DNA from: Thermodesulfobacterium commune DSM 2178
GTDB lineage: Bacteria; Desulfobacterota; Thermodesulfobacteria; Thermodesulfobacteriales; Thermodesulfobacteriaceae
Reading direction: 5' to 3'
DNA length: 32,000 bases
NCBI RefSeq assembly: GCF_000734015.1
Contig: NZ_CP008796.1
Location: 1,020,001-1,052,000 of the forward strand
Below, piece by piece: positions 10,074 through 21,169 of the stretch; positions within the stretch are counted from its first letter, which is position 1, and each line of letters opens with the position of its first letter. Both the position numbers and the translations under genes were made by a program. Under the pieces are notes generated by a model that saw only the letters and a program-made list of their open reading frames with translations, was not told where the DNA came from and made no database searches.

Positions 10074-10721
10074 TTACTTCTTCTCTAAAATATTTATAAT
10101 TTGTTGAGTTATCTCTTCTATACTCTTACTTCCGTCGATCTCAGCTAAAATGCCTTTATTTTTATAATACTCGATAAGAGGAGCTGTAGACTCATGATAA
10201 ACCTTTAACCTGTTTCTTACAGTCTCTTCATTATCGTCTGGTCTTTGATAAAGCTCTCCTCCACAAGCATCACATTTTCCTTCAACTTTGGGAGGTTTAA
10301 ATTTTATATGATACATCATTCCACAATTTTTACAAGTTCTTCTGCCGGTAAGCCTAAGAACAAGTTCTTCGTCAGGAACGATCAAAGCTAAAGCTACATC
10401 AAGCTTTCTTCCCATTTCTTCTAACATTTTATCTAAAGCTTCTGCTTGAGCAACCGTTCTTGGAAATCCATCTAAAATAAATCCTTTTTGAGCATCAGGT
10501 TGACTGAGACGTTCTTTAACCATCCCAAGGATAATCTCATCAGGAACAAGCTGCCCTTTTTCCATATATTCCTTAGCTTTTAACCCTAACTCTGTACCTT
10601 TACCTACATGTTCTCTTAACATATCTCCTGTAGAGATTTGAGGAATCCCATACTTTTCTACTAAAATCTTAGCCTGAGTTCCCTTACCCGCTCCTGGTGG
10701 TCCTAAAAACACTATATTCAT
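10074..10721 (-). CDS. adk: adenylate kinase with four-Cys zinc lid
   Basis: 215 aa. P-loop GPPGAGKGTQ. Lid CKNCGMMYH...CDACGG. Confidence 0.97.
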   Translation of the reverse strand: MNIVFLGPPGAGKGTQAKILVEKYGIPQISTGDMLREHVGKGTELGLKAKEYMEKGQLVPDEIILGMVKERLSQPDAQKGFILDGFPRTVAQAEALDKMLEEMGRKLDVALALIVPDEELVLRLTGRRTCKNCGMMYHIKFKPPKVEGKCDACGGELYQRPDDNEETVRNRLKVYHESTAPLIEYYKNKGILAEIDGSKSIEEITQQIINILEKK

Positions 10722-10733
10722 ACCCCCACCCCC

Positions 10734-12044
10734 TTATTTAATTTTTAATTTGCTTTGTTTGATAAAACTTTCATACTGCCTGGAAATAAGATGAGCCTCT
10801 ATCTGTCCCATAATATCTAAAGCTACTCCTACTACGATCAGCAAAGAGGTACCTCCAAAATAAAAAGGAAGGTTTAGTTTAGTAATAAAAAAACTGGGGA
10901 TAACACAAATAAAAGCTACATAAAGCGCACCTATAAACGTGATCCTGTTAAGCACCTTGTCTAAAAATTCCTCAGTAGCTTTACCTGGTCTTATTCCTGG
11001 AATAAAACCACCCCATTTCTTAAGATTCTCAGCCACCTCTTTAGGATTAAAGACTACTGCAGTATAAAAATAGCAAAAGAAGACGATCAAAGCAGCGAAA
11101 ATAGTCTCATAAAGGATAGCACCAGGCCTTAAAAATTCACTTATCTGTTTAAACACAGAAATGGGAACAAAACTTGCTAATGTAGCAGGAAACATTAAAA
11201 TCGCAGAAGCAAAAATAGGAGGAATAACCCCTGCAGTATTTATTTTTAAAGGTAAATAACTTGTTTGACCACCTACCACTTGTCTTCCTACTTGTCTTCT
11301 TGCATAATGGATAGGGATCCTTCTCTGAGACATCTCCATAAAACAAGTAAAAGCCAAAATTCCTATTAACAATACTAAAATTAAAAGAAGATAAAATACC
11401 GAAAACTCACCTGTTTGTACAAACTTTATCGTCCTTGAGATAGCTGGGAAAATACCGGCTACAATACCTGAAAATATGATCATAGAAATTCCATTTCCGA
11501 TCCCATGCTCCGTCATCTGTTCACCTAACCATACCAAAAACATCGTTCCAGCTGTCAAACTAACAGTGGTAATTATCCTAAAAGTCCATCCTGGGTCAGA
11601 AACAATAGGAACACCGTTAGGAGCCGTCATTCGTTCCAAACCTATAGCTATACCAAATCCTTGTATCAAACATATAAGAACTGTTAAATACCTGGTATAA
11701 TAAGCTATCTTTCTTTTTCCTTCTGGGCCTTCTTTATAAAGTTCTTTTATCGTAGGATAAACCACAGTCATAAGTTGCAAAATGATTGAAGCGCTAATAT
11801 AAGGCATAACACCAAGAGCACAAATAGAAAATCTTCTTAAAGCACCTCCAGAAAAAATATCCATAAAACCAAAAATTGTTCCACTTGCGTGCTGGAAAAG
11901 ACTTAAGAACGCCTCGCCATTAATACCAGGAGTAGGTATATGGATAGAAAATCTATAAATAGCTAAACCTAAAAAGAGATAAAAAAGTCTCCTTTTTAAC
12001 TCAGGAATATTAGCTAAACTTAAAAGATTTTCTCTTCCGTTCAC
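10734..12044 (-). CDS. secY: preprotein translocase subunit SecY
   Basis: 436 aa polytopic membrane protein in the canonical slot after rplO. GGALRRFSICALGVMPYISASII and INTAGVIPPIFA motifs. GTG start. Confidence 0.96.
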   Translation of the reverse strand: MNGRENLLSLANIPELKRRLFYLFLGLAIYRFSIHIPTPGINGEAFLSLFQHASGTIFGFMDIFSGGALRRFSICALGVMPYISASIILQLMTVVYPTIKELYKEGPEGKRKIAYYTRYLTVLICLIQGFGIAIGLERMTAPNGVPIVSDPGWTFRIITTVSLTAGTMFLVWLGEQMTEHGIGNGISMIIFSGIVAGIFPAISRTIKFVQTGEFSVFYLLLILVLLIGILAFTCFMEMSQRRIPIHYARRQVGRQVVGGQTSYLPLKINTAGVIPPIFASAILMFPATLASFVPISVFKQISEFLRPGAILYETIFAALIVFFCYFYTAVVFNPKEVAENLKKWGGFIPGIRPGKATEEFLDKVLNRITFIGALYVAFICVIPSFFITKLNLPFYFGGTSLLIVVGVALDIMGQIEAHLISRQYESFIKQSKLKIK

Positions 12045-12063
12045 TACCGCTTGTCTCCAATAA

Positions 12064-12525
12064 CTATACCTTAACTATCTCTACTTTACCGCCTGCCTTT
12101 TCGATCTTTTCTTTAGCGGTTTTAGAAACTGCATGGACTTTCACTATTAATGGTTTATCTATCTCCCCGTCACCCAAAAGTTTAACCAACTTATCCTTTC
12201 CTTTTAGCAAACCCTTTAATTTTAAACTCTCTAAATCTACTACTGCGTTAGCCTCAAATCTTTCTGCTAAATCTTTTACATTTACCACTTTGTACTCTTT
12301 TTTAAATATGTTATTAAAACCTCTCTTAGGAACTCTTCTGATTAAAGGAGTCTGACCACCCTCAAACCAAGGACGAATATCTAACCCTTCACGAGCCTTC
12401 TGCCCTTTATGTCCCCTACAAGAAGTCTTACCATGGCCAGAACCATGGCCTCTCCCCACTCTTTTTTCTCTATGTTTTGAACCAGCAAAAGGTTTTAATT
12501 TTTCTAAAGTTATAACCTTATCCAT
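12064..12525 (-). CDS. rplO: 50S ribosomal protein L15
   Basis: 153 aa. [24 protein letters not shown]. Its start overlaps the rpmD stop by 8 nt (ATGGATAA). Confidence 0.95.
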   Translation of the reverse strand: MDKVITLEKLKPFAGSKHREKRVGRGHGSGHGKTSCRGHKGQKAREGLDIRPWFEGGQTPLIRRVPKRGFNNIFKKEYKVVNVKDLAERFEANAVVDLESLKLKGLLKGKDKLVKLLGDGEIDKPLIVKVHAVSKTAKEKIEKAGGKVEIVKV

Positions 12526-12703
12526 CGATTTCCTCCACCTTAACTAAATGACTTACTTTTCTTATCATACCCCTTATCATGGGGGTATCTTCTCTTATAA
12601 CAGTCTGTCCTATCTTTTTTAAACCTAAACCTTTTAAATTTTCTCTTTGATTAGGTGTCCTTCCGTACCTACTTCTAACTAAAGTTATCTTAAGTTTTTT
12701 CAT
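12518..12703 (-). CDS. rpmD: 50S ribosomal protein L30
   Basis: 61 aa. [31 protein letters not shown]. Its start overlaps the rpsE stop (ATGA). Confidence 0.94.
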   Translation of the reverse strand: MKKLKITLVRSRYGRTPNQRENLKGLGLKKIGQTVIREDTPMIRGMIRKVSHLVKVEEIDG

Positions 12704-13203
12704 ACCCTCATCTCCCTCTTTAGGTCTTCTACAGTTTTTCCTCTTTTCTTAGCTACATAATCTAAACTTTGAAGTTGTGAAAGCGCTTTAAAAGTAGCTT
12801 TAACTAAATTATGAGGGTTACTACTTCCTATACATTTAGTAACTACATCAGTAATACCTGCTGCATCCATAATAGCACGGACCGTACCACCTGCAATAAC
12901 TCCTGTACCTGGTTTAGCAGGTTTTAAAAGAATATTACTTGCCCCAAACTTGGCCATGATAGAATGAGGGATAGTTCCTCCTGTGATAGGAACTTGTATC
13001 AAACTTTTTTTGGCTTTTTCTATAGCCTTCCTGATGGCATCAGGCACCTCAGGGGCCTTTCCTAGTCCATATCCTACCCTACCTTTTCCGTCTCCAACTA
13101 CCACCAAAGCTGAAAACCTAAGTTTTTTACCACCCTTAGTTACCTTAGTGACACGACTTATCTGTATTATTTTTTCTACAAATTCTTCGGTACCTCTAAC
13201 CAA
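12700..13203 (-). CDS. rpsE: 30S ribosomal protein S5
   Basis: 167 aa. [39 protein letters not shown] start (plus-strand caa at 13201-13203) 7 nt after AAGGAGG. Confidence 0.95.
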   Translation of the reverse strand: MVRGTEEFVEKIIQISRVTKVTKGGKKLRFSALVVVGDGKGRVGYGLGKAPEVPDAIRKAIEKAKKSLIQVPITGGTIPHSIMAKFGASNILLKPAKPGTGVIAGGTVRAIMDAAGITDVVTKCIGSSNPHNLVKATFKALSQLQSLDYVAKKRGKTVEDLKREMRV

Positions 13204-13217
13204 AGCCTTACCTCCTT

Positions 13218-13607
13218 TTAAAATTGTAAGCCTGCAGCTCTGGCTGCATCAGCAAGGGCTTTAATTCTTCCGTGGTATTTAAAACCACCTCTGTCAAAAA
13301 CCACCTTGGTAATTCCTTTTTCTAAGGCCTTTTTAGCTATAAGTTCTCCTACTGCTTTAGCTACTTCTATTTTCCCCCCCTGAGATCTAAGCTCAGCAAT
13401 TTTTTCTCTTATCTCTGGAGAAAGAGAGGAAGCTGCTACCAAAGTATGTCCTGTCACATCGTCTATGATTTGGGCATAAATATGTTTTAAACTTTTATAT
13501 ACACAAAGTCTCGGTCTTTCAGGAGTACCAAAGATCTTTTTCCTTATTCTCTTCTTTCTTCTTAACCTTGCTTCAACCTTTTTTTCTCTTTTTCTTAACT
13601 CTGCCAT
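13218..13607 (-). CDS. rplR: 50S ribosomal protein L18
   Basis: 129 aa. [19 protein letters not shown] and [26 protein letters not shown]. Confidence 0.95.
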   Translation of the reverse strand: MAELRKREKKVEARLRRKKRIRKKIFGTPERPRLCVYKSLKHIYAQIIDDVTGHTLVAASSLSPEIREKIAELRSQGGKIEVAKAVGELIAKKALEKGITKVVFDRGGFKYHGRIKALADAARAAGLQF

Positions 13608-13629
13608 AGATTACCTCTCCTTCCAAATT

Positions 13630-14217
13630 TTACTTCTTAGCACCTTTACCAGATTTACCAGCCTTTCTGTAAATAACCTCATCAGCATACCTAATCCCTT
13701 TTCCTTTATATGGCTCAGGTGGTCTTAACTTTCTAATGTTTGCAGCCACTTGACCTAACAGCTCTTTATCTATTCCTTCTAAAGTTAACCTAACCTGTAC
13801 GTCTCCTGTACCCCTTTCTACTTTTGCTGTAATCCCTTTAGGAAGCTTAAAATTTATCGGATGAGAATATCCTAAACTAAAAACTATCTCATCTCCCTTT
13901 ACCTCAGCTTTATATCCTAACCCTACGATGTCTAAAACTTTCTGAAAACCTTGGGTAACCCCTATTACCATATTGTTGATCAAAGCCCTGGTTAATCCTT
14001 GAAAGGCTTTGGCCTTATTTTTTAATTTTTTTCTTACCTCATCCTGTTGCACTACTATAGTATCTCCCTCTACTACCACCTTAACTAACGGAGGAAGCTT
14101 TTTTTCAATCTTTCCCTTAGGTCCTTCAACTACCATAAAACCATCTTCTTTTAAATAAAACTTTACTCCATTAGGAATCTTTATTGATTTTCTTCCTACA
14201 CGAGAAACTTCTCCCAT
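13630..14217 (-). CDS. rplF: 50S ribosomal protein L6
   Basis: 195 aa. SRVGRKSIKIPNGV, GLGYKAEVKGD, PPEPYKGKGIRY. Confidence 0.95.
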   Translation of the reverse strand: MGEVSRVGRKSIKIPNGVKFYLKEDGFMVVEGPKGKIEKKLPPLVKVVVEGDTIVVQQDEVRKKLKNKAKAFQGLTRALINNMVIGVTQGFQKVLDIVGLGYKAEVKGDEIVFSLGYSHPINFKLPKGITAKVERGTGDVQVRLTLEGIDKELLGQVAANIRKLRPPEPYKGKGIRYADEVIYRKAGKSGKGAKK

Positions 14218-14231
14218 AACCAGTCACCCCT

Positions 14232-14627
14232 TTACCAAATTTCACAAATAACTTCACCGCCTACCTTAAGGCGTCTTGCCTCATGATCTGTCATAATACC
14301 TTTAGAAGTAGAAACTATAGCAATTCCAAGCCCATCCAATACTTTCGGTAGATCCTTATATCCTCTATATATTCTTCTCCCAGGTTTACTTATCCTTTTT
14401 ATACCAGAAATAACCGGTCTTTTAAACTCGTCATACTTTAAAATAATCTCTATCTTACCCTGAGGTTTTTCATCATGATAAATAAAATCTTCTATATACC
14501 CTTCGTCTTTCAATATTTTAACTATCGCAAGTTTAATCTTAGAAGCAGGAATTACCACTGTTTTATGTCTAGCTTGAAGAGCATTTTTTATCCTAATCAA
14601 CATATCTGCTATAGGGTCTGTCATCAT
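14232..14627 (-). CDS. rpsH: 30S ribosomal protein S8
   Basis: The ORF-track frame extends to 14717, overlapping rpsN. The conserved N-terminus [16 protein letters not shown] begins at the ATG at 14627 (or 14624), 8 nt after GGAGG and 13 nt after the rpsN stop. Confidence 0.93.
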   Translation of the reverse strand: MMTDPIADMLIRIKNALQARHKTVVIPASKIKLAIVKILKDEGYIEDFIYHDEKPQGKIEIILKYDEFKRPVISGIKRISKPGRRIYRGYKDLPKVLDGLGIAIVSTSKGIMTDHEARRLKVGGEVICEIW

Positions 14628-14640
14628 GCCTCTTTCCTCC

Positions 14641-14826
14641 TTACCAACTAGCTTTCCTAATCCCAGGGATTTTACCTTCTGAAGCCAATTTTCTAAAACA
14701 CATCCTGCAAAGACCAAATCTTCTTATATATGCCCTCGCACGTCCACAAATAGAACATCTATTTCTGTGACGGACCTGAAACTTGGGCTTCCTTTTTGCT
14801 TTTTCTCGTTGAGCTTTTCTTGGCAT
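14641..14826 (-). CDS. rpsN: 30S ribosomal protein S14, short zinc-binding (type Z) form
   Basis: 61 aa. [22 protein letters not shown]. Confidence 0.95.
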   Translation of the reverse strand: MPRKAQREKAKRKPKFQVRHRNRCSICGRARAYIRRFGLCRMCFRKLASEGKIPGIRKASW

Positions 14827-14832
14827 ATAAAT

Positions 14833-15372
14833 TTACCCCCTAAATGGCATTCCTAACTCTTTTAATAACGCATATGCCTCTTCATCAGTTTTGGCTGTGG
14901 TAACAATGGTTACACTTAACCCTTTAATCTTTTCTACTTTACTGGTGTCTATCTCAGGAAAAATCGTATGGTCGGTTATACCAAAAGTATAATTCCCTCT
15001 TCCATCAAAACCAGACTTAGGAAGACCTTTAAAATCTTTAGTTCTGGGCAAAGCAATGTTAATAAGTCTGGTAAGAAAATCATACATCCTGTCTCCTCTC
15101 AAGGTTACCATAACCCCAATAGGCATACCTTTTCTTAGCTTAAACCCTGCTATAGACTTTCTCGCCCTACATATTTTAGGCTTTTGCCCAGTAATTTGGG
15201 CTAACTCTACCATAGCCTGGTCTATAACCTTAGGGTTAGTCACCGCCTCGTTTAACCCCATATTAACACTTATTTTTTCTAATTTAGGCACTTGGTGTAT
15301 GTTTTTATACCCAAACCTTTCCCTTAATCTTGGGATCACTTCATTTTTGTAATACTCTTTTAACCAGCTCAT
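14833..15372 (-). CDS. rplE: 50S ribosomal protein L5
   Basis: 179 aa. [27 protein letters not shown]. Confidence 0.95.
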   Translation of the reverse strand: MSWLKEYYKNEVIPRLRERFGYKNIHQVPKLEKISVNMGLNEAVTNPKVIDQAMVELAQITGQKPKICRARKSIAGFKLRKGMPIGVMVTLRGDRMYDFLTRLINIALPRTKDFKGLPKSGFDGRGNYTFGITDHTIFPEIDTSKVEKIKGLSVTIVTTAKTDEEAYALLKELGMPFRG

Positions 15373-15375
15373 GTT

Positions 15376-15744
15376 TTACTCCTTCACCTCGATAATTTCT
15401 CCACATTTTTTACAAAATCTAACCTTAGTTCCATCTTCTAAAAACTTCCTACCTATCTTTACACCCCTCTTACATTTAGGACAATACACCATCAAATTAG
15501 AAATATGTATAGGTGCCGGTTTTTCAATTATGCCCCCACTGCTGTAAGGAGTTGGCTTCATGTGTCTTTTAACTAAATTAACCCCTTCAACTACAGCCCT
15601 TCCTTTCCTGGGGAATACCTTTAAAACTTTTCCTATTTTTCCTTTATCTTTACCTGCTATAACTACTACCATATCGTTTTTTCTTATGTGTAATTTAACT
15701 TCATGAGGTTTAGGTGCTTTTTTATTTATCCCGCGCTTTATCAT
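15376..15744 (-). CDS. rplX: 50S ribosomal protein L24 with C-terminal CxxC...CxxC zinc ribbon
   Basis: KOW motif [16 protein letters not shown]-terminus CPKCKRG...CKKCG, as recalled for Thermus L24. The ORF-track TTG at 15750 sits 1 nt after AAGGAG, whereas the ATG at 15744 has 7-nt spacing. Confidence 0.92.
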   Translation of the reverse strand: MIKRGINKKAPKPHEVKLHIRKNDMVVVIAGKDKGKIGKVLKVFPRKGRAVVEGVNLVKRHMKPTPYSSGGIIEKPAPIHISNLMVYCPKCKRGVKIGRKFLEDGTKVRFCKKCGEIIEVKE

Positions 15745-15757
15745 GGTCAAACTCCTT

Positions 15758-16126
15758 TTATATAACTTCAGGGGCTAAAGAAATGATTTTCATAAAACCT
15801 TTAGCCCTAAGCTCCCTAGCTACAGGTCCGAAAATACGAGTTCCTATCGGCTCTTTATACTGATTGATTAAAACAGCTGCGTTTTCATCAAATCTTATGT
15901 GAGTTCCGTCTGGTCTAGCAACTTCTTTTTTGGTTCTAACAATTACCGCTTTAACTACATCACCCTCTTTCACTTTTGAATTAGGAATAGCTTCTTTTAC
16001 TGAAGCAACTATAATATCACCTACACTTCCATATTTTCTATGAGAGCCACCTAAAACCCTAATACACATTATCTTTTTAGCCCCAGAATTATCAGCTACG
16101 TTTAAATAAGTCTGCTGCTGAATCAT
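15758..16126 (-). CDS. rplN: 50S ribosomal protein L14
   Basis: 122 aa. [27 protein letters not shown]. Confidence 0.97.
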   Translation of the reverse strand: MIQQQTYLNVADNSGAKKIMCIRVLGGSHRKYGSVGDIIVASVKEAIPNSKVKEGDVVKAVIVRTKKEVARPDGTHIRFDENAAVLINQYKEPIGTRIFGPVARELRAKGFMKIISLAPEVI

Positions 16127-16128
16127 TC

Positions 16129-16413
16129 TTATTCACCCCCTTCTAAATCCTCTTTAACCTCTAACACTTTGGCCTTCTCTATGATCTCTCTTACCCTCCA
16201 TCTTTTTCTACGAGAAAGAGGTCTTGTCTCTTCGATTAAAACCTTATCACCTATCTTACATTCATTATTTTCATCATGGGCCATATATTTTTTTCTTCTT
16301 TTGATGTATTTCCCGTAAAGGGGATGCTTTACCAAAGTCTCTACCATCACTACTACAGTCTTATCCATCTTATCACTAACTACTGTCCCTATAAAAGTTT
16401 TTCTTCTACCCAT
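16129..16413 (-). CDS. rpsQ: 30S ribosomal protein S17
   Basis: [19 protein letters not shown]. The ORF-track GTG at 16425 lies inside the SD GGGTGAGG. The ATG at 16413 (MGRRK...) is 6 nt after it. Confidence 0.92.
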   Translation of the reverse strand: MGRRKTFIGTVVSDKMDKTVVVMVETLVKHPLYGKYIKRRKKYMAHDENNECKIGDKVLIEETRPLSRRKRWRVREIIEKAKVLEVKEDLEGGE

Positions 16414-16426
16414 ATCCATCCTCACC

Positions 16427-16624
16427 CTATCGTATGTTAAGTTCTTTTTCTCTTATAACCGTCAAAACTCTGGCAATATCTCTTTTAACCTGTCTAATTC
16501 TCATAGGATTTTCAAGTTTATAAACAGTTTTCTGAAACCTGAGATTAAAAAGCTCTTCCCTTAAACTTGCTAACTTTTCTTTTAACTCAGGGATGGACAA
16601 CTCCCTCAAATCACGAGCCTTCAT
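16427..16624 (-). CDS. rpmC: 50S ribosomal protein L29
   Basis: 65 aa. [26 protein letters not shown]. Its start shares 1 nt with the rplP stop (TAATG). Confidence 0.94.
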   Translation of the reverse strand: MKARDLRELSIPELKEKLASLREELFNLRFQKTVYKLENPMRIRQVKRDIARVLTVIREKELNIR

Positions 16625-17040
16625 TAAAACTCCTCCCTACTAACTATTTTACATTTAAAAGGCATCTTACTGGCAGCCAGCCTTAAAGCTTCTTTAGCCA
16701 CTTCTTCCGGAACTCCTGCGATCTCATAGATAATCTTACCTGGCTTCACCACAGCTACCCACTCTTCAACAGCTCCCTTACCCTTTCCCATACGAGTTTC
16801 TGCAGGTTTCTTGGTAACCGGTTTGTCTGGAAAAACCCTGATCCAAACCTTAGCTCCCTTTTTGGCTACCCTAACGATAGCTACACGTCCTGCCTCTATC
16901 TGTCTTGCAGTCAACCAACCACCTTCGAGTACCTTTAAGCCGTATTCTCCAAACTCAACCGTATGCCCACTGGTAGCTTTTCCTCTAACCCTTCCTTTTT
17001 GTTGCTTCCTGTATTTAGTCTTTTTTGGTTGGAGCAACAT
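16624..17040 (-). CDS. rplP: 50S ribosomal protein L16
   Basis: 138 aa. [17 protein letters not shown] and [19 protein letters not shown]. Confidence 0.96.
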   Translation of the reverse strand: MLLQPKKTKYRKQQKGRVRGKATSGHTVEFGEYGLKVLEGGWLTARQIEAGRVAIVRVAKKGAKVWIRVFPDKPVTKKPAETRMGKGKGAVEEWVAVVKPGKIIYEIAGVPEEVAKEALRLAASKMPFKCKIVSREEF

Positions 17041-17061
17041 ATTTTCTCACCCCTTTAATTT

Positions 17062-17724
17062 TTAGATAACTAATCTTTCTTGTCCTTCTTTTTCAGGTAA
17101 AACCTCTCCTTTAAAAATCCAAACCTTTACCCCTATACTTCCATATTTGGTTACTGCGGTAGCAAACCCGTAGTCTATATCAGCCCTTAAAGTAGAAAGA
17201 GGAACTCTTCCAACCCTATACCATTCACTTCTCGCTATTTCAGCGCCTCCAAGTCTTCCAGAGCACTGAACCTTAACTCCCTGAGCCCCAAAACGCATTA
17301 CCAAAGATACTGCCCTTTTCATCGCCCTTCTAAAAGAAACCCTTCTTTCTATTTGAGTAGCTATATTTTCTGCTACTAACTGAGCCTCAAGCTCTGGTCT
17401 TCTAACTTCATTTACCAAAACTTCAAACTCTCTTTCTTTAATCAACTTCCCTAGTTCATTCTTTATCTTTTCTATCTCAGCTCCTTTCTTACCTATAACT
17501 ATTCCTGGACGAGCTGAATAAATAATCACCCTAACCTTGTTAGCAGCTCTCTCTATCTCGATCTTAGATATTCCAGCATGAAAATATTTCTCTTTTAAGA
17601 ATTTTCTTATTAAATAATCCTCATATACATATTTAGGAAATTCTGAAGGTTTAGCAAACCAACGAGAATCCCAAGTTCTGGTAATCCCAATTCTCAATCC
17701 GATAGGATTAACTTTCTGCCCCAA
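17062..17724 (-). CDS. rpsC: 30S ribosomal protein S3
   Basis: 220 aa. [23 protein letters not shown] domain [15 protein letters not shown] start (plus-strand caa at 17722-17724) downstream of GAGGAGG inside the end of rplV. Confidence 0.95.
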   Translation of the reverse strand: MGQKVNPIGLRIGITRTWDSRWFAKPSEFPKYVYEDYLIRKFLKEKYFHAGISKIEIERAANKVRVIIYSARPGIVIGKKGAEIEKIKNELGKLIKEREFEVLVNEVRRPELEAQLVAENIATQIERRVSFRRAMKRAVSLVMRFGAQGVKVQCSGRLGGAEIARSEWYRVGRVPLSTLRADIDYGFATAVTKYGSIGVKVWIFKGEVLPEKEGQERLVI

Positions 17725-17727
17725 GGC

Positions 17728-18084
17728 TTACCTCCTCTTTTTACTTTTTTCTTCTCTTTCTTCTACCACCACCGTAATATGGCTCATCCTTCTTAAGATT
17801 CTACTTGCCCTTCCCCATGCTCTTGGCCAAATCCTCTTAAGACGAGGGCCTTCATTTACGTAAGCCTCTGCCACATAAAGCTTATCCACATCCATACCAT
17901 AGTTGTTTTCTGCATTAGCTATAGCACTCTCTAAAACTTTCTTAACAATCCTAGCTGCTTTTTTAGGAGTAAAAGCTAAAATATTTAAAGCCTCATCTAC
18001 CCTCTTCCCTCTTATTAAATCTACCACCAACCTTGCTTTATAAGGAGAAATCAAAACATATTTAGCAGTAGCTCGAGCTTTCAT
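17728..18084 (-). CDS. rplV: 50S ribosomal protein L22
   Basis: [32 protein letters not shown]. The first ATG (18090) abuts GGAG directly; the ATG at 18084 has 6-nt spacing. Confidence 0.93.
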   Translation of the reverse strand: MKARATAKYVLISPYKARLVVDLIRGKRVDEALNILAFTPKKAARIVKKVLESAIANAENNYGMDVDKLYVAEAYVNEGPRLKRIWPRAWGRASRILRRMSHITVVVEEREEKSKKRR

Positions 18085-18097
18085 ATCCATCTCCTTT

Positions 18098-18388
18098 TTA
18101 TTTCTTCTTTACTCCCTTTACTTTTCCTTTATCTGCAGGATGTCCTTTATAAGTTCTGGTAGGAGCAAACTCACCCAACTTATGTCCAACCATGTTTTCT
18201 GTTACATAAACAGGTATAAATTTATGTCCATTATGAACCGCAAAGGTCAACCCTACCATCTCAGGAATAATAGTAGACCTTCTACTCCAAGTCTTTATAG
18301 GTTTTTTATCTCCTGTTTCTCTTGCTGCCAAAACTTTTTTTAATAAATGTTCGTCCACAAAAGGACCTTTTTTCTTAGACCTAGGCAT
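18098..18388 (-). CDS. rpsS: 30S ribosomal protein S19
   Basis: 96 aa. [40 protein letters not shown]. Confidence 0.96.
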   Translation of the reverse strand: MPRSKKKGPFVDEHLLKKVLAARETGDKKPIKTWSRRSTIIPEMVGLTFAVHNGHKFIPVYVTENMVGHKLGEFAPTRTYKGHPADKGKVKGVKKK

Positions 18389-18408
18389 TTAAAGCACCCC
18401 CTAACTAA

Positions 18409-19233
18409 TTACCCCTTTCTTCTTCTAATTATAAACTTATCAGAAGGTTTTTTCTTACGTGTTTTACGTCCTTTACATAACCATCCCCAAGGAGAACAAG
18501 GATGTCTTCCACCATGAGACCTTCCCTCTCCTCCTCCAAGAGGATGGTCTACTGGGTTCATAGCTACACCACGAACATGAGGTCTTCTACCAAGCCATCT
18601 AGACCTTCCAGCTTTACCAAGAATAACATTTTCCCATTCCAGATTACCTACTTGTCCAATAGTAGCCCTACAATTACCATGAACTTTTCTTATCTCACCA
18701 GAAGGTAACCTTAAAATCACATAATCACCTTCTTTACCAAGAACTTGAGCGAAAGCTCCAGCACTTCTGGCCAATTGTCCACCCTTTTTAGGCCTAAGTT
18801 CTACATTATGTACCATGGTACCTACAGGGATATTCTTAAGAGGTAAAGCATTCCCCACTTTAATCTCTACACTTTCCCCAGACATCACCACATCACCTAC
18901 TTTAAGACCCACAGGAGCAATGATATATCTCTTTTCTCCGTCTGCATACTGCAACAAAGCTATATTAGCAGATCTATTAGGGTCATATTCCAAAGCTATT
19001 ACCTTAGCTGGTATATTATCTTTATCTCTTTTAAAATCTATGATACGATAAAGCCTTTTATGTCCTCCTCCTCTAAACCTTATGGTAATCCTTCCATAAT
19101 TATTCCTACCACCTGATTTCTTTAAAGGCTCAACCAGAGACTTTTCTGGTTCTTTTTTGGTAAGTTCTGGATTAACCAAATAGGTCTGAAACCTTCTACC
19201 AGGAGAGGTAGGTTTGCACTTCTTTATAGGCAT
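18409..19233 (-). CDS. rplB: 50S ribosomal protein L2
   Basis: 274 aa. [42 protein letters not shown]. Confidence 0.97.
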   Translation of the reverse strand: MPIKKCKPTSPGRRFQTYLVNPELTKKEPEKSLVEPLKKSGGRNNYGRITIRFRGGGHKRLYRIIDFKRDKDNIPAKVIALEYDPNRSANIALLQYADGEKRYIIAPVGLKVGDVVMSGESVEIKVGNALPLKNIPVGTMVHNVELRPKKGGQLARSAGAFAQVLGKEGDYVILRLPSGEIRKVHGNCRATIGQVGNLEWENVILGKAGRSRWLGRRPHVRGVAMNPVDHPLGGGEGRSHGGRHPCSPWGWLCKGRKTRKKKPSDKFIIRRRKG

Positions 19234-19246
19234 CTCTTATCACCTC

Positions 19247-19537
19247 TTATATGGTTTCAAAAAATTCTATAGTCTGTCCAGGCTGAAGCCTGACTATAGC
19301 CTTTTTTCTTAAGGATGTTTTTCCAGGATTTCTATATCCACCTTTAGGTTTCCCTTTTACCCTTATCGTTTGCACGTCTAGGACCTTTACATTAAACAGT
19401 TTTTCTACTGCCTGCTTGATTTCTATCTTATTAGCCGCTGGGTCTACCCAAAAAGAAACTTGATTATTTTTTTCCTTTAAAAGCATAGATTTTTCAGTAA
19501 TGATAGGAGCTAAAATAATCTTTCTTGGGTCCTTCAT
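19247..19537 (-). CDS. rplW: 50S ribosomal protein L23
   Basis: 96 aa. ILAPIITEKS, FWVDPAANKIEIKQAVEKLFNVKV. Confidence 0.95.
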   Translation of the reverse strand: MKDPRKIILAPIITEKSMLLKEKNNQVSFWVDPAANKIEIKQAVEKLFNVKVLDVQTIRVKGKPKGGYRNPGKTSLRKKAIVRLQPGQTIEFFETI

Positions 19538-19540
19538 CTT

Positions 19541-20173
19541 TTATCTCCTTAAACGTTCCTCTATTTTATCTAAAGCTTCCTTTGAAATTATTAAATTTTC
19601 GTGATTTAAAATATCATAAACGTTTAATCCTTCAACAGCCAACACCTTAACTTTAGGAAGATTGGAAGCACTTTTCTCTAATACTAAATTCCTCTCAGGA
19701 ACTATAATAAGTGCCTCATTAATCCCTAACGTGTCTAAATAAGACTTAAGGAGCTTAGTTTTAGGTTTTTCAACCACAGGAAAACCTTCTGCCACAAAAA
19801 GTTTATTCGTTAGAGCCCTTGAAGAAAGAGCCATTTTCAAACCTAATCTTCTAACCTTCTTGTTTAACTTAAATTCATAACTTCTCGGTTTAGGACCGTG
19901 CACTACACCACCACCAACCCACTGAGGAGCTCTGATAGAACCTTGACGTGCCCTTCCAGTATGTTTTTGAGGCCAAGGTTTCCTTCCTCCTCCTCTTACC
20001 TCTCCTCTTGTCTTAGTACAAGCTGTACCAGCCCTCCATCTCGCCATTTGCCATCTTACTATCTCATGCAAAATTCCTTCCTTAGGATAAACACCATAAA
20101 TATCAAGAGGAAGCTCCATCTCTCCTACTATCTTAGCACTGGCGTCAATTACTTTAGCTTTTATAGCCTCCAT
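19541..20173 (-). CDS. rplD: 50S ribosomal protein L4
   Basis: 210 aa. TKTRGEVRGGGRKPWPQKHTGRARQGSIRAPQWVGGGVVHGP. Confidence 0.96.
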   Translation of the reverse strand: MEAIKAKVIDASAKIVGEMELPLDIYGVYPKEGILHEIVRWQMARWRAGTACTKTRGEVRGGGRKPWPQKHTGRARQGSIRAPQWVGGGVVHGPKPRSYEFKLNKKVRRLGLKMALSSRALTNKLFVAEGFPVVEKPKTKLLKSYLDTLGINEALIIVPERNLVLEKSASNLPKVKVLAVEGLNVYDILNHENLIISKEALDKIEERLRR

Positions 20174-20187
20174 CTTTTTACTCCCCT

Positions 20188-20823
20188 TTATTTAAAATAA
20201 ACCATTACATATCCGTTGTTCCAGCCAGGAACACCACCCTTTACTAAAAGAAGGTTTTTCTCAGGATCTATATCAACCACAGTTAGATTTTTTATCGTAA
20301 CTCTTTCAGCTCCATAATGACCTGCCATTTTTTTCCCTTTGATTACCCTTCCTGGAAAAGTATTGGCACCACTTGAACCTCTTTTACGATGAACCTTTTT
20401 AGCACCATGACTCATAGGTTGACGTTGAAAATTCCATCTCTTTATCGTTCCAGTAAAACCTCTTCCCTTGGTAATTCCGGTCACATCCACCTTTATACCT
20501 TTTTCCAAACCTAAATCAGATAAGGTTAAAACCTGTCCAGGCACAAACTCTTGAGGATTTTCAACTTTAAACTCCTTCAAAATATAAAAACCTGTATCTA
20601 AACCCGCTTTTAAAAAATGTCCTATCATAGGTAAGGTAAACTTAGTTAGTTTCTTCGGGTCAAATCCTAACTGAACTGCGTTATAACCATCTTTTTCTTC
20701 TGTTTTAACCTGAACTACTGTGCAAGGTCCCACCTGAAGTACCGTTACAGGCACCACATTACCATCGGCATCAAAAACTCTAGTCATCCCTAATTTTTTA
20801 CCTATTAAACCTTCAACCTTCAT
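20188..20823 (-). CDS. rplC: 50S ribosomal protein L3
   Basis: GLIGKKLGMTRVF, FQRQPMSHG. The ORF-track GTG at 20832 abuts AAGGGGAG. The ATG at 20823 (MKVEG...) follows it with about 9-nt spacing. Confidence 0.94.
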   Translation of the reverse strand: MKVEGLIGKKLGMTRVFDADGNVVPVTVLQVGPCTVVQVKTEEKDGYNAVQLGFDPKKLTKFTLPMIGHFLKAGLDTGFYILKEFKVENPQEFVPGQVLTLSDLGLEKGIKVDVTGITKGRGFTGTIKRWNFQRQPMSHGAKKVHRKRGSSGANTFPGRVIKGKKMAGHYGAERVTIKNLTVVDIDPEKNLLLVKGGVPGWNNGYVMVYFK

Positions 20824-20837
20824 GGTTAACACTCCCC

Positions 20838-21149
20838 TTACACCTTTATTTCAACTTCCACACCAGCAGGTAACTCCAACTGCATCAACGCATCGATGGT
20901 TTGCTGTGTGGGCTCTAAAATCTCGATAAGCCTCTTATGGATTCGCATCTCAAACTGTTCTCGAGAGTTTTTGTCAATATGCGGAGATCTCAACACAGTC
21001 CATCTACTTATTTTAGTAGGTAAAGGTATAGGGCCTACTACTTTAGCCCCTGTCTCCTTGGCTGTAGACACTATGCTAGCCACTGATTTATCTAAAATTC
21101 TGTGATCAAAACTTTTTAATTTTATTCTTATCTTCTGTGTGGGTATCAT
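20838..21149 (-). CDS. rpsJ: 30S ribosomal protein S10
   Basis: 103 aa. [48 protein letters not shown]. Confidence 0.97.
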   Translation of the reverse strand: MIPTQKIRIKLKSFDHRILDKSVASIVSTAKETGAKVVGPIPLPTKISRWTVLRSPHIDKNSREQFEMRIHKRLIEILEPTQQTIDALMQLELPAGVEVEIKV

Positions 21150-21169
21150 CTTCTAAACCTCACACTCCC

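Noticed and set aside
14628-14717. Longest-ORF start for rpsH (161 aa), overlapping rpsN by 77 nt. Similar 5' overshoots occur for rplX (15750), rpsQ (16425), rplV (18090), rplC (20832), fusA (24490), rpsL (25456) and the oxidoreductase (28371).
   Set aside because: In each case the extra residues are not part of the conserved N-terminus. The upstream start codon sits inside or directly against the SD sequence, and a downstream ATG has proper 6-9 nt spacing.
18475-18498. Two cysteines in the L2 C-terminus ([12 protein letters not shown]), considered as another metal site
   Set aside because: Only two Cys are present and no nearby His/Cys partners are evident. This is insufficient to propose a zinc site, so it is noted as a substitution in a conserved segment only.
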